Below are positions 25,665 through 35,429 of a stretch of DNA of 45,399 nt, one piece after another. The position numbers and the translations under genes are program-made. The stretch comes from Silvanigrellaceae bacterium (GTDB lineage: Bacteria; Bdellovibrionota_B; Oligoflexia; Silvanigrellales; Silvanigrellaceae), in assembly GCA_049423385.1 (NCBI GenBank), contig JBMSQQ010000017.1:1-45399 (forward strand), read 5' to 3'. How positions within the stretch are numbered: position 1 is the first letter of the stretch; each line of letters opens with the position of its first letter. The notes under the pieces were generated by a model, which made no database searches, was not told the DNA's origin, and was given only the letters and a program-made list of their open reading frames with translations.

Positions 25665-27080
25665 TTATTGCTTGGCACCGGGATACCAGAAAATCGAGAT
25701 GACTTCAGCATGCATCGTGTGGGCAAAGCAATCGAACAGGGCAAGGGAATGAAGATTGAATGAAGCATCCAGGAATGGCTTCGTGTCGCGGGCGAAACTT
25801 GCCATGTCGCATGCAATCCAGACCACAACGCTCGGTGACTTCTTTTTGGTCAGTGCGGTTGCCAAAGCCCTCGCGGTCGGGGCTCCGATGCCGTCCCGGG
25901 GCGGGTCGCACATCAGAATGTCGGGCAATTCATTTGCTTTGACCCTGGCCGCAATAAATTCGCGGACGTCTTCAACGGTGGCTTGGTTTGCCAATGCCGA
26001 GTGGTTCCATTTCAATGCGTTGATGGCTGCAGAGACACCTTCCACGCACCAGGTCGTCACATGTCGGCTTGTGCCCGCGGCCTTTGCAGGAAGATCAGAA
26101 AATGCTCCTGCACCACAGTAAAGGTCCCAAGCCGTCCAGTTGCGCTTTCCGTGCAGATCCTCGAGCCCAGGCTCTTTGATGAGCTGCTTGAGTTGGCGGG
26201 TGATCTCGGAGCGATAAAGTTCCATGGCGTTGCGATGAGGCTGCAGAAATCCTTGCGGAGAAATCACAAAGGAGTCCATGTCGGGATGAGCGATCTGGAT
26301 GAATCCCTTGGGATCGATTTGCAGTCCATTCCATTGCTTCACGAACGCATGCATGCTTTCGCGCATCTTTGCTTCCGCTGCATTGCCCCCGGTGCATCGG
26401 CTGTCCTTGAGCCACAGCGTCACGGCTTCGTTCTTCAAAAGCGTGGCTTCAATTTGCAAGTCGACCAGGCCTGCCTTTGAAAACATTTGCTGAAATTCGG
26501 GAGAGGTCAGGCGCGCTTGAAGTTCGGCACGGGCTCGGTCGAGCTGTGGAGCAACAATCAAGCATCCGTCTGCATTGACCACGTTGTGGCTCTTGCGCGC
26601 AAAAAAGCCAAGTTCATGGCCATTGAAGTGCCAACGCACACGTTGACGATATCTGGCCGAGGCTGCCTGTTCGCAGCGCAGCATGCGACCCGCGTTGTTG
26701 ATTTGTTCGGGTGGCCATTGACCAATCCGGCGGAGAGTTTGAACCAGCCATTGTTTCTTGAGTGCCAGTTGGGCTGCGGGTGTCACGTGCTGGAGTTGGC
26801 AGCCACCACATTGACTGGCGTGTCGGCAGGGTGGCTTTTGCCTCATGTCCGATTTCTTGGAAACCGAGACCAATTGCGCTTCGGCCATGGTGCTGTTTTC
26901 ATGCACCAGTGTTGCAGTGATGACTTCACCACCCAGTCCGCCTTCCACAAAGACAACTTTTCCATTCGCCAGTCGTCCCACGCCACGTCCATCGGTTGCG
27001 GTGTCATGCAGCTCCAGCTCAAACGCTGGAGTTGAACCTGTTGCAATTGATGGGCTGTCCTTAAAGGCTTCTCTTTGCAA
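25665..27080 (-). CDS. RNA (uracil-C5)-methyltransferase, RlmD/TrmA family, with TRAM domain
   Basis: TRAM-like N-terminus, CRHASQCGGCQLQH, DLYCGAG, DPPRDG, IACD..SFARD, FDCFAHTMHAE; TTG start with GAGGA RBS. Confidence 0.9.
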   Translation of the reverse strand: MQREAFKDSPSIATGSTPAFELELHDTATDGRGVGRLANGKVVFVEGGLGGEVITATLVHENSTMAEAQLVSVSKKSDMRQKPPCRHASQCGGCQLQHVTPAAQLALKKQWLVQTLRRIGQWPPEQINNAGRMLRCEQAASARYRQRVRWHFNGHELGFFARKSHNVVNADGCLIVAPQLDRARAELQARLTSPEFQQMFSKAGLVDLQIEATLLKNEAVTLWLKDSRCTGGNAAEAKMRESMHAFVKQWNGLQIDPKGFIQIAHPDMDSFVISPQGFLQPHRNAMELYRSEITRQLKQLIKEPGLEDLHGKRNWTAWDLYCGAGAFSDLPAKAAGTSRHVTTWCVEGVSAAINALKWNHSALANQATVEDVREFIAARVKANELPDILMCDPPRDGIGAPTARALATALTKKKSPSVVVWIACDMASFARDTKPFLDASFNLHSLALFDCFAHTMHAEVISIFWYPGAKQ

Positions 27081-27227
27081 GTGTTCCTCGCTTGCGGAAA
27101 TGTTTTTTTCAAATCCTGTTTTGGAAGTTCGTGGCGTTCATCTTGCTGCTTCAAGTTTGATCATAACTCGATTCGGTTTGATTACCAAATCGACATACAG
27201 CAAGTTTTGTACAAGAGGGCAAGCATC

Positions 27228-28598
27228 TCAGTAGGCGTTGGGGTGAATCAAACCTTTGAGAGGTGTCAGTGCACAAATCTTGAGGTCGAGCCAAAGGCTC
27301 CAGTTTTGAATGTACCAGAGGTCGCACTCGATGCGTTTTTCAAGCGAAGTGTTGCCGCGCCAGCCGTTGATTTGTGCCCATCCGGTGATGCCTGCCTTGA
27401 CCTTGTGGCGCAACATGTATCCCGGAAGATTGTGACGAAATTGATCCACAAAGAACGGGCGCTCCGGGCGTGGACCCACGACACTCATCTCGCCTTTGAG
27501 AACATTCCAAAACTGTGGAATTTCATCGAGACTGCTTTTTCGCAAAAACGCTCCGACCCGGGTGACCCTGTCGTCATTTTTGCTTGCCCAGACAGGACCC
27601 GTTTGTGTTTCGGCGTCGATGCGCATTCCGCGGAACTTCAAGCACCAGAATGTTTTGCCATCCAGGCCCATGCGCTCCTGACGATAAAAAATGGGTCCAG
27701 GACTCGAAGCCCGCACTGCGACTGCGCACAACAAATAAACAGGGCTCAAAAGCGCCAATGCCAACGAAGCAAAAGCAATGTCAAATGACCGCTTGAGGAT
27801 TCTCCCAGAGCTGTCGAGGCTTGAACTGTTGAGCACAATGGCAGGGAGAGAATCCAATTGCATGATGCGTGGCGCCAGAAATTCCGGTGCTTCGAAATCG
27901 GGGATGACGAAGACGTCAGCCAGAGTGTTGCCGAGCGACTGATAGATGACGTGGAGTTTCTCGGTTTCTCCTGCTGCAGGGGCCAGGAAGACCACATCGA
28001 TGTCGCCGGTCGCAAGACGGTTTTGCACCTGCGGAAGATCGTCTATGGACAGATGCGAATCGAGAGACAGCGCCCAATCCTGGCGTTCGTTCACCATTCT
28101 TGCCACTCGATTGGCGACGATTCCAGAACCCACGACAATGGCTCGTCCACGCGTCTGTGAATGGCGCAGATACCAGCGATTTGTCTTGCGCACAAAACTG
28201 CGTCCGAAGGCAAGTGCGGCAGGGACAAGCAAGAAGAAAATCGCAAGCGTGACGCGACTGAAGCGATGTTCGAAGATAAAGTAAACAGAAGTGACAAAAA
28301 CGAAAAATGAAAGCAGGTGTGCGCGACTCAAATCGAAGAGTTCTTCCCAAACGCGTCGTCTGTCGAGACTTCGTCGATAAACACCAAGTGCCACAAAAAC
28401 AAAGGCATAGGAAAAAAGCAGAGCCGGAATAAGCTTGGCGTAGTTGGAAAAGGTGTCCGTTCCCTTGGTGATTTCAATCACTGACATCTTGAATCGTATA
28501 AAATAGGCCAGCATCCAGCACATGATTACAGCCAGAAGATCCACGGCACCGCGGAAGGTGTTCAGCAGCTGTGCGTGACGATGGATGCGCATGTTCAC
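27228..28598 (-). CDS. Undecaprenyl-phosphate glucose phosphotransferase (WcaJ-like)
   Basis: N-terminal TM helices; KRSFDI, KFRGM, DDRVTRVGAFLRKSSLDEIPQFWNVLKGEMSVVGPRPERP, KAGITGWAQING. Confidence 0.93.
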   Translation of the reverse strand: MNMRIHRHAQLLNTFRGAVDLLAVIMCWMLAYFIRFKMSVIEITKGTDTFSNYAKLIPALLFSYAFVFVALGVYRRSLDRRRVWEELFDLSRAHLLSFFVFVTSVYFIFEHRFSRVTLAIFFLLVPAALAFGRSFVRKTNRWYLRHSQTRGRAIVVGSGIVANRVARMVNERQDWALSLDSHLSIDDLPQVQNRLATGDIDVVFLAPAAGETEKLHVIYQSLGNTLADVFVIPDFEAPEFLAPRIMQLDSLPAIVLNSSSLDSSGRILKRSFDIAFASLALALLSPVYLLCAVAVRASSPGPIFYRQERMGLDGKTFWCLKFRGMRIDAETQTGPVWASKNDDRVTRVGAFLRKSSLDEIPQFWNVLKGEMSVVGPRPERPFFVDQFRHNLPGYMLRHKVKAGITGWAQINGWRGNTSLEKRIECDLWYIQNWSLWLDLKICALTPLKGLIHPNAY

Positions 28599-29743
28599 CT
28601 TTTCTCGATCAGGGTCAGCAGTTGGTCTGCCATGTTTTCGGAAAAGTGATTCTGCGAAAACGACTGCGCGTGCGTCTTGAGATCATTTTCATTGACGTTT
28701 TGCGTCAACGCGGATTCAACCGCACGCAGCATCGATGTGTCATCACCCCAGTCGAAAAGCGTACCGGTCTTTCCGTCGATGACAGTTTCTCCAGTACCGC
28801 CTTGCCGGGGTGCCACAACCCAACTTCCCGATGCCATGGCTTCGAGCGGGACAATGCCAAAATCTTCCAGCGCGGGGAAGAGGAGCACTTTGTGATCTGC
28901 ATATAGACTGGCAACCTGGGCATCCGTAGGATTCATTTCAATGCGGACGAGAGGGTTTTTGCTATATTTTGAAGCTACCATTTCGAGTTCTGTGCCTTGA
29001 CCAGCCGCGGTGACCGCGAATCCTTGGCTCAAGCAAAGCTCAAGGGCATGGAGCATCCGTTTGTAGGGTACCCATGCGCCAAAAATTAGCACACGTTTTT
29101 CCCTTTCTGCCCGGGTGGGCCGGCTCAAGAATCTGTCAAGTTCGACACCAGGATGCACAACCACCGCGGGCCGGCGGTAAAAGAGTTCACAGCGTCGAGC
29201 CACAAAGTGGCTGTTGGCAATAAACATGTCGACTCTTGCACTTGAACACACGTCCCACATTCTCAAATTCTTGAGCATGATGCGGCGCAGGATTTCAATG
29301 GGCCGAAAGAACGAGGGCCGTTTCGGGAAATAGACGTGTTCCTGATCCCAGGCATAGCGCATCGGGCTGTGGATGTAGCAGGCATGCAGCGCTTTCGGCG
29401 GTGGGACAATTCCTTTTGCGACACAGCTGCTGCTGCTGACGACGAGGTCATAGTGGCTTAAATCGAAACTTTCGGCTGCGACAGGCATCCATGGAAGCAA
29501 TGCTTTGTAGTAGCGTTCGACCCAAGGCAGAGAATCTATGAATGATTTGAAAATGCGATGAGTGTTGGTCGTTTTGAGTACTTTTTGCGGACGGCCCATC
29601 AGGCAATAGAGATCGGCATTGGGAAGCAAATTGAGAATCTGTTCGAGCACGCGCTCGCCTCCACGGCGAACAAAGATCCAATCGTGGATGACTGCAACTT
29701 TCATTCCACGTGTGCGCTCTTCCAGTTGGGCGACCGAACTCAT
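28595..29743 (-). CDS. Glycosyltransferase family 4
   Basis: VAVIHDW..GGERVL, YIHSPMRYAWD, ANSHFVARR, EDFGIVPLEAMASG; ATG 29743 with GGAGA RBS. Confidence 0.93.
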   Translation of the reverse strand: MSSVAQLEERTRGMKVAVIHDWIFVRRGGERVLEQILNLLPNADLYCLMGRPQKVLKTTNTHRIFKSFIDSLPWVERYYKALLPWMPVAAESFDLSHYDLVVSSSSCVAKGIVPPPKALHACYIHSPMRYAWDQEHVYFPKRPSFFRPIEILRRIMLKNLRMWDVCSSARVDMFIANSHFVARRCELFYRRPAVVVHPGVELDRFLSRPTRAEREKRVLIFGAWVPYKRMLHALELCLSQGFAVTAAGQGTELEMVASKYSKNPLVRIEMNPTDAQVASLYADHKVLLFPALEDFGIVPLEAMASGSWVVAPRQGGTGETVIDGKTGTLFDWGDDTSMLRAVESALTQNVNENDLKTHAQSFSQNHFSENMADQLLTLIEKR

Positions 29744-29968
29744 CAAATCTTCTCCGAAAATCCCAGTGCGATGGCGAATAATCCTATGATTTCTCAAGTT
29801 TCGCAAGTTTCGTGGTGAATGGAATTGAACGTTGGGATGCAGTGCAATGAAGACCACTTTGAAAGCATCTCCAAAAAATTGAATTCGACCAGCGCCAGGG
29901 AATCTGTCCTGCAAGGTTATGGAGTCACCCTGAATCACGGGTGTTTATTTGTAATTCCGGGGTTTCAC

Positions 29969-29995
29969 TCAAATTACGATTTCGAATTCCGATTC
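29969..29995 (+). promoter_or_regulatory. sigma28-type promoter
   Basis: TCAA-N15-TCCGATTC upstream of ATG 30039. Confidence 0.5.
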
Positions 29996-30038
29996 TAAAG
30001 ATGAACGCTAAAATGATTGACCTCTCGGGAGAACACCC

Positions 30039-31193
30039 ATGAAACTGATGTTTTTGGTGACGAGTGTCCTCTTCGCAGTTGTTGTGGGTGGATGTTCAGC
30101 TGCAAACAAGGGCGATGCAGTGCTGCCAATTCCTGGGATGGCCAAGTCTGCCGGCGGTTCCGGGGACGCGGGTGCGGCGAACCCATCGGCATCCAATTCC
30201 TCGCCGGCCACCACGGCTGGATCGTCCGTTGTTTTCAATCTCGCGGAAGCAAAACCTTATTGCGTGGGTTGTCATGTCGCCGGAGCAAGTGGTGCCGGCG
30301 TCTGGGCAAAAGCCGATGGCACTGAAGCAGATTGGAAAGCATTTGCGGCCACCGCGAAAAATTCGGTTCAAGCAGACAGAATGCCATCCGGAGGTATGAC
30401 TGCGGATGCCAAGGCAAAATTCATTGGTTACCTGGATTCGTTGCTTGGAGTCGCGCCTGGTGGTGCCGCTTCGACGGGTGGTGGCTCAACAACAGCCGCG
30501 TTCACCCTTGCCGAGGCAAAATTGTTTTGCGTGGGTTGTCACAGTTCAACCGCAAGTGGCACAGCGGCCGCAGCATGGAACAAGGCAGATGGCACCGAAA
30601 ACGATTGGAAAACATATGCGGCAACAGCCAAAGCGTCTGTGGAAGCCGGAAGAATGCCTAAAGGTGGCATGAGCGACGCAGATAAATCCAAATTTATCGC
30701 CTATCTGGATTCACTGCTTGGCGCTGCTGCAAATGGTCCCTACACGTTTGCAACGGCAAAAGGACTCTGCGCCGGTTGCCATGGTGCAACTGCAACCGGG
30801 GTTGCCGGATTGGCCTGGAACAAGGCCGATGGTACCGAAAACGATTGGAAGCTGTACGCGTCGACTGCGAGGATTGTGGTGAGAAACAATCTGATGCCCA
30901 AACCCGTGGGGAGCTTGAGTGCTGAAAACAAGACAAAACTGCTTTCGTATCTGGACACACTCGCCGGTACAGCGCCGGTTTTCGACTTCAATGCAGCCAA
31001 GGGGTTGTGTGTGCATTGCCATTATCAGGGACAAGGCGGAAGGTCACCCAGACTTGAAACAGTACAGGACTGGTCCAACAACAAGTCCGACATCAAATCT
31101 GAAGTTGAAAAAACATCTGGCGGTATGCCCAGGGGCATGACTTTGACCCCTGACGAGCGACAGGCACTACTGAATTATATCAATTCACTTTGA
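30039..31193 (+). CDS. Tetraheme cytochrome c lipoprotein made of four tandem mono-heme repeats
   Basis: Lipobox VGG-C; CVGCH, CVGCH, CAGCH, CVHCH, each followed by an MP motif (candidate distal Met ligand) and a YLDSL-type helix. Confidence 0.85.
   Translation: MKLMFLVTSVLFAVVVGGCSAANKGDAVLPIPGMAKSAGGSGDAGAANPSASNSSPATTAGSSVVFNLAEAKPYCVGCHVAGASGAGVWAKADGTEADWKAFAATAKNSVQADRMPSGGMTADAKAKFIGYLDSLLGVAPGGAASTGGGSTTAAFTLAEAKLFCVGCHSSTASGTAAAAWNKADGTENDWKTYAATAKASVEAGRMPKGGMSDADKSKFIAYLDSLLGAAANGPYTFATAKGLCAGCHGATATGVAGLAWNKADGTENDWKLYASTARIVVRNNLMPKPVGSLSAENKTKLLSYLDTLAGTAPVFDFNAAKGLCVHCHYQGQGGRSPRLETVQDWSNNKSDIKSEVEKTSGGMPRGMTLTPDERQALLNYINSL
30225..31190 (+). repeat. Intragenic tandem repeat of about 70-90 codons, four units
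   Basis: aaggcagatggcaccgaaaacgattggaa (30582) recurs nearly identically at 30822 (240-nt period) and more divergently at 30309. Confidence 0.8.
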
Positions 31194-31231
31194 GAGGATT
31201 GGCTGTTTGGAGGAGGCTTCCGAAAAGCGGC

Positions 31232-32995
31232 CTAGCTTCCCTGTTTCTCCATAAACGCCTGCAGTTCCATTTGTGAGTAGCGCACAAAACGGTGTTCGCT
31301 GCGGCGAACGAGGACCTTCCCTGGCGGAAGGTCTTTGCGTTTGTCGAGATCGGCGCGCAATGCAACGTAAACGTCAGCTTCCTGCGCGCGTGTCTGTTTT
31401 GAATGATGAATGGCCAAAATCGCGGCTTCGCGCAGGGCGGTGTCTGATGGCTTTGCTCCTTTGGGTTTTTCAAGCCACACATGGCTTCCTTCACCTGTCA
31501 TGACGTGCACCCAGGTGTGGTGCGCCGGCATGAGTTTGAGCATGGCGTCTGCATCAGCAGCAGATTTCGAGACGCGGATAAATTCCCCAGAAGTTGCGCG
31601 AAACGAACGGTACGGAAGTCTGCGCTCGCGTTCGGCTTCCATTGCGCTTTGCTTTTCGCCAACAGGGCTCCAGCTGACTTCAAGTTGAGTCAGAATGCGT
31701 TGCACCGTAACCAAGTGTTGAACATCGCGGGCGAGAGCCAGCCGCGATGAACGCACTTCTTCGGGCAAAGCAAAGATGTCGGCTCCGGCTTGAATGATTT
31801 GATCTGCAAAGCGTTCCAGCGCCAGGCGGCTTTCCTCGATACGTTTCTCCAATTCATTGCGTCGCCGCGCGAGCTTGTCGAGTTCGTCGAAAGCAGCGGT
31901 TACAAGGTCACCCGGCGACTGGCCGTGCTTGAGAGTGAGGATTGCCGGCAGTCCGGCGGATTCGATGATTTCGGGCGGTACATGCCATTGCGGGAAGTCT
32001 TTGGGCCACATGTAAATGTGGGCGCGCAATCCTTCCGCCCTCCGTTTGAGATTGTCCATCACGCTTGCAACCGGAAGGTCTGTTTTTTGCCTTTGCAGCC
32101 TGCGTTCAAAAAATTGCAGGCGCGTGCGTGCGGCGCGACGCACATGGGTCGGAAGAAGGTTGAGCGCAAATTGGAGGTTCATCTCTGGCTGCTGGGTGAC
32201 AGATGGTTTGATGAGCTCAAAGTTCTGCGATTCAGCTCCAGCAGTGACTGGTTGAGGAAATTTGGAAATTTCTGTTTGAAAAAAGTCCTCTTTTTCTGTC
32301 TCCTGCCCAATCGATGCTGCGGATGCAGTATCGGACACGGAATTTGCTGCCATCGAAGCTTCACCGCCAACGATGCACGACGTCACCAAAGGGTGGGTGA
32401 AGGTGGCCCTTCGCTTTGTTTTGGTGTTTTCCAACGACCACTCGCAGTGGCTTTCAAAAAAATCACCTCCGGATTCAAAACCGGAGCACTGGTCAGCGTA
32501 TCTGTTGGGTACGCTCGAGTGTTTGGTTGCAACACAGACCCGCGCCGGGCGGGAATCGAGGTCGATGATGATGCAATTTGGAGAATCGGGCGTCCATTCC
32601 TGCTCCTCCAAAAGCTTTCCGCCTGGAGCCGCGAATTCAATAATCACCGCAACCGGATCCAGACACAGCAAAACCTGTTCAATGCGTCGGCCCTGCAAAT
32701 ACTTTCTTGCGACCTGGACGATTGAATTTGGCTTGTTTTGAGAGGTCGGCTTTGCATTGCTGAAGGAAATGCCTGAACCCGTGCGTTGGATGCTGATGAG
32801 TGCGGGTTCGCGTGGGGCTCCCGGCCTGTAAAGATTCAGGATGACAAACCCTTCGTCGGAAGCCGATATCTTTTGAACCGTCGAATTGCGCAAACGCTCA
32901 AAGACAACAGTCAACTTCTTTTGCCAGAGCCCCAGTCGAGCCCACTGTGGGGCGAGGTCCTGGAAAAATCTTGGGATGGCAGGCGGAGTCGACAT
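31232..32995 (-). CDS. NFACT family protein (RqcH/FbpA-like) with C-terminal NFACT-R domain
   Basis: C-terminal IRVSKSA..WVHV..GSHV..EAAILAIHHSK..PPGKVLV; N-terminal ARKYLQGRRI; central coiled coil. Confidence 0.75.
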   Translation of the reverse strand: MSTPPAIPRFFQDLAPQWARLGLWQKKLTVVFERLRNSTVQKISASDEGFVILNLYRPGAPREPALISIQRTGSGISFSNAKPTSQNKPNSIVQVARKYLQGRRIEQVLLCLDPVAVIIEFAAPGGKLLEEQEWTPDSPNCIIIDLDSRPARVCVATKHSSVPNRYADQCSGFESGGDFFESHCEWSLENTKTKRRATFTHPLVTSCIVGGEASMAANSVSDTASAASIGQETEKEDFFQTEISKFPQPVTAGAESQNFELIKPSVTQQPEMNLQFALNLLPTHVRRAARTRLQFFERRLQRQKTDLPVASVMDNLKRRAEGLRAHIYMWPKDFPQWHVPPEIIESAGLPAILTLKHGQSPGDLVTAAFDELDKLARRRNELEKRIEESRLALERFADQIIQAGADIFALPEEVRSSRLALARDVQHLVTVQRILTQLEVSWSPVGEKQSAMEAERERRLPYRSFRATSGEFIRVSKSAADADAMLKLMPAHHTWVHVMTGEGSHVWLEKPKGAKPSDTALREAAILAIHHSKQTRAQEADVYVALRADLDKRKDLPPGKVLVRRSEHRFVRYSQMELQAFMEKQGS

Positions 32996-33118
32996 TCGTA
33001 TGAATCCAGGTTTGGGTTGGTCAACGGGGCAAAGAAAACTATCATTTTTTGACTGAGCGACAAGTCCCGAGTAAGTTTCTTGGATTATTCACTTTATGCA
33101 TGCCGAGGTCCGCCTCAG

Positions 33119-34462
33119 ATGGATGTGCGTTTGGGCAAATCAACGTTCGAGTCTTTGCTTTCTAAAATATTTTTTATCGTTGCCGTTGTTTTTGCAAGCA
33201 TTCCGGTTTGTTCGCTCGCGGCAGAAAAAAAGAGCTTTGATGGTGAAAATTCCGTGTCCGAGGTTTTGGATTATGCCAAGGTGTTGCGGGAAGTTCGAAA
33301 GAATTCATTGCTCCTCGGCCGTCTCTCCGAATCAAAAAAGTCGGCAGAATACAATCATGCTGCGGTTCAATCACAAGCTGCACCATCTCTGCAGCTCTCC
33401 AGCAACCTGACGGCGCAATATGTTCAACCCTCCAGGCAGCTGCACTCGCTTTCCGTTGGCATGACAGTTTGGGATTTTGGCAGACAATCGGCACAGGAAT
33501 TGAAAACGGCTGCTCAATTGATGAACGCTCATTCCCAATGGAACGAAGCGGAAGAATCCTTGCGCTTCAAGCTGGCCCGTTTTTACATAGCGGCTTGTTC
33601 AGCGCAGGCGATCCTTGCCGATATTCAGGAGCAACAACGCAATGCAGAGAGCAAACTCAAGACTGTCCGTGCAGGTTATCTGCGCGGTGAGCGACCGCAA
33701 ACAGATGTCGTGCGGCTGACGGCAGAGGTTGGCAAGGCAACCTTGGTCTTGAAAAAAGCGCAGGATGAATTCGATTGGTTGCGCGAACAGTTGTTGTTGC
33801 TGATGTCGCCAACCGGTCAGGTTTTATCATTGCAGCGAAAAGTGGTTCTCAAGCCGCTCAAGCTTCGGGAGCGAGGCTGGTGGATGGACTCCATGCTGCG
33901 GGCTTCAGCGGCCCGGGTGGAATCTTCCACTCTTGAAAGAATCCGGGCAGGCAAAGCTCTTCTTGAGGCGGAATTGCAGTCCCTGGATGCCGAATCGTAT
34001 CCTGTGATTTCTGCAAGTGCAGGCGTCCAGGCGCTTGGCAGTCTCACTCCCGTCAAGCCGGATGCGCAGGCTCAGTTGAATTTTCAATACAATCTCCCCT
34101 TCAGTTCGATACGCGAACAAAGACGCCAGTCGGTATTGGCTCGTCTGCGCGAAAACGAGCTTGCCCGGGACGACGAGCTCAGGGTGCGCGGCGAGAAATT
34201 GATTCAAAGTCGAATCAAGCTTGAAGGACTTCTGGGGCAAATGGATCTCCAGAAAGCCCAGATCGACATTCTACTCGAATATCAGAAACTCGTGCGGACT
34301 CGATATTTTTCGGGCCGTGCATCTCTGCTGGAGCTGACCAGCACCGAAGATGAACTCTTGTCCAACAGGCTTGAACTCACCCGCATGCAGTCGAACCTTT
34401 ATCTGGCTGCAAGCGATGCTGCGGAGGCATTGGGAGGAAAAGATCTTGAAGAGCTTTTTTGA
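33119..34462 (+). CDS. TolC-family outer membrane efflux protein
   Basis: Signal peptide; VWDFGR, YLRGERPQTDV and RYFSGRASLLEL repeat motifs; first gene of an RND operon; start uncertain. Confidence 0.85.
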   Translation: MDVRLGKSTFESLLSKIFFIVAVVFASIPVCSLAAEKKSFDGENSVSEVLDYAKVLREVRKNSLLLGRLSESKKSAEYNHAAVQSQAAPSLQLSSNLTAQYVQPSRQLHSLSVGMTVWDFGRQSAQELKTAAQLMNAHSQWNEAEESLRFKLARFYIAACSAQAILADIQEQQRNAESKLKTVRAGYLRGERPQTDVVRLTAEVGKATLVLKKAQDEFDWLREQLLLLMSPTGQVLSLQRKVVLKPLKLRERGWWMDSMLRASAARVESSTLERIRAGKALLEAELQSLDAESYPVISASAGVQALGSLTPVKPDAQAQLNFQYNLPFSSIREQRRQSVLARLRENELARDDELRVRGEKLIQSRIKLEGLLGQMDLQKAQIDILLEYQKLVRTRYFSGRASLLELTSTEDELLSNRLELTRMQSNLYLAASDAAEALGGKDLEELF

Positions 34463-35429
34463 CAAACGATTGAGAATGCTGCGTTGGATGTCGGGAGCAT
34501 TGGTACCCATCATGCCACTCGCCGCGGCTCAGGAAAAAGCTGGAAAAAAGCGTGATCGCGGGCCGGCTGTTGTGCAAACAATCAAGGTGCAAAAGCGTTC
34601 TGCGGCGCAAATTGCAGAAACTGCAGTTGCGCTTGTGGGTCGAAAGCAAACCGGAGTTTTTTCGAAGGTGGCAGGGCGTGTGACGGGCATTGCTGTGGCA
34701 GAAGGTCAGCCTGTCAAGGCAGGGCAAACCTTGTTCCGGGTGGATCGCAGTGAACCCGGAGAGTCCTATTTGTCGGTTCCGGTCACGAGCCCGATTTCGG
34801 GTTGGGTGGGGCGCTGGAACGTCACTGAAGGCACGCAGGTCTCGACCCAGGAGCCAGTGTTGCTGGTGGTGGATGATCAAAAACTCATCGCCAACATCTA
34901 TTTGCCTGTGCAGGAATGGATGCAGGTCAAGCTCAATTCCAAAGTCAGTGTGCATGTGAACGATTTGAGTCGACCTGCGCGCGTTCTGACGATTGCACGC
35001 GCTGCTGAAGCCGGGAGTGGCCGCGGAGGCCTGACGGTCGAACTCAACAACGAGGACCATGCCTTCAAGTCGGGAGTTGTGGCTCTTGCCAAACTTGAGC
35101 TCGACACCCGCGACAGAATGCTGTTGCCCAGTTCCGCATTGCGTATTTCGGATCAGGGAGCCGCGGTTTTCAAGATTGAGGAAGGCAAGGCCAAACGGAT
35201 TAAAGTCGGCTACGCACTTTACAACAATGATCTCGTTGAGGTGACTTCGGGTTTGAACGAAAACGACGTGGTTGTCAGTGTTGGTGCACACCAATTGTAC
35301 GATGGTGCGGAAGTGAGTGAGGCAGACACGGCGCAGGCAAGAGGTACCTCAGAAGGGCAAGGCAAGGGAGAGGCGCCGGCTGAAGGGCGTTCTCGTGAAC
35401 GGCGTGCGAAGGGAGAACGCGGACAATGA
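34446..35429 (+). CDS. RND efflux periplasmic adaptor (MFP) subunit
   Basis: SKVAGRVTGIAVAEGQPVKAGQTLF, VTSPISG, VEVTSGLNENDVVV; TTG 34446 with GGAGG RBS (alternative ATG 34476). Confidence 0.9.
   Translation: MKSFFDKRLRMLRWMSGALVPIMPLAAAQEKAGKKRDRGPAVVQTIKVQKRSAAQIAETAVALVGRKQTGVFSKVAGRVTGIAVAEGQPVKAGQTLFRVDRSEPGESYLSVPVTSPISGWVGRWNVTEGTQVSTQEPVLLVVDDQKLIANIYLPVQEWMQVKLNSKVSVHVNDLSRPARVLTIARAAEAGSGRGGLTVELNNEDHAFKSGVVALAKLELDTRDRMLLPSSALRISDQGAAVFKIEEGKAKRIKVGYALYNNDLVEVTSGLNENDVVVSVGAHQLYDGAEVSEADTAQARGTSEGQGKGEAPAEGRSRERRAKGERGQ

Noticed and set aside
30225..31190. Repeated DNA considered as a possible CRISPR array or mobile repeat
   Set aside because: The repeats are in-frame protein domain duplications with synonymous divergence; no spacers or cas genes
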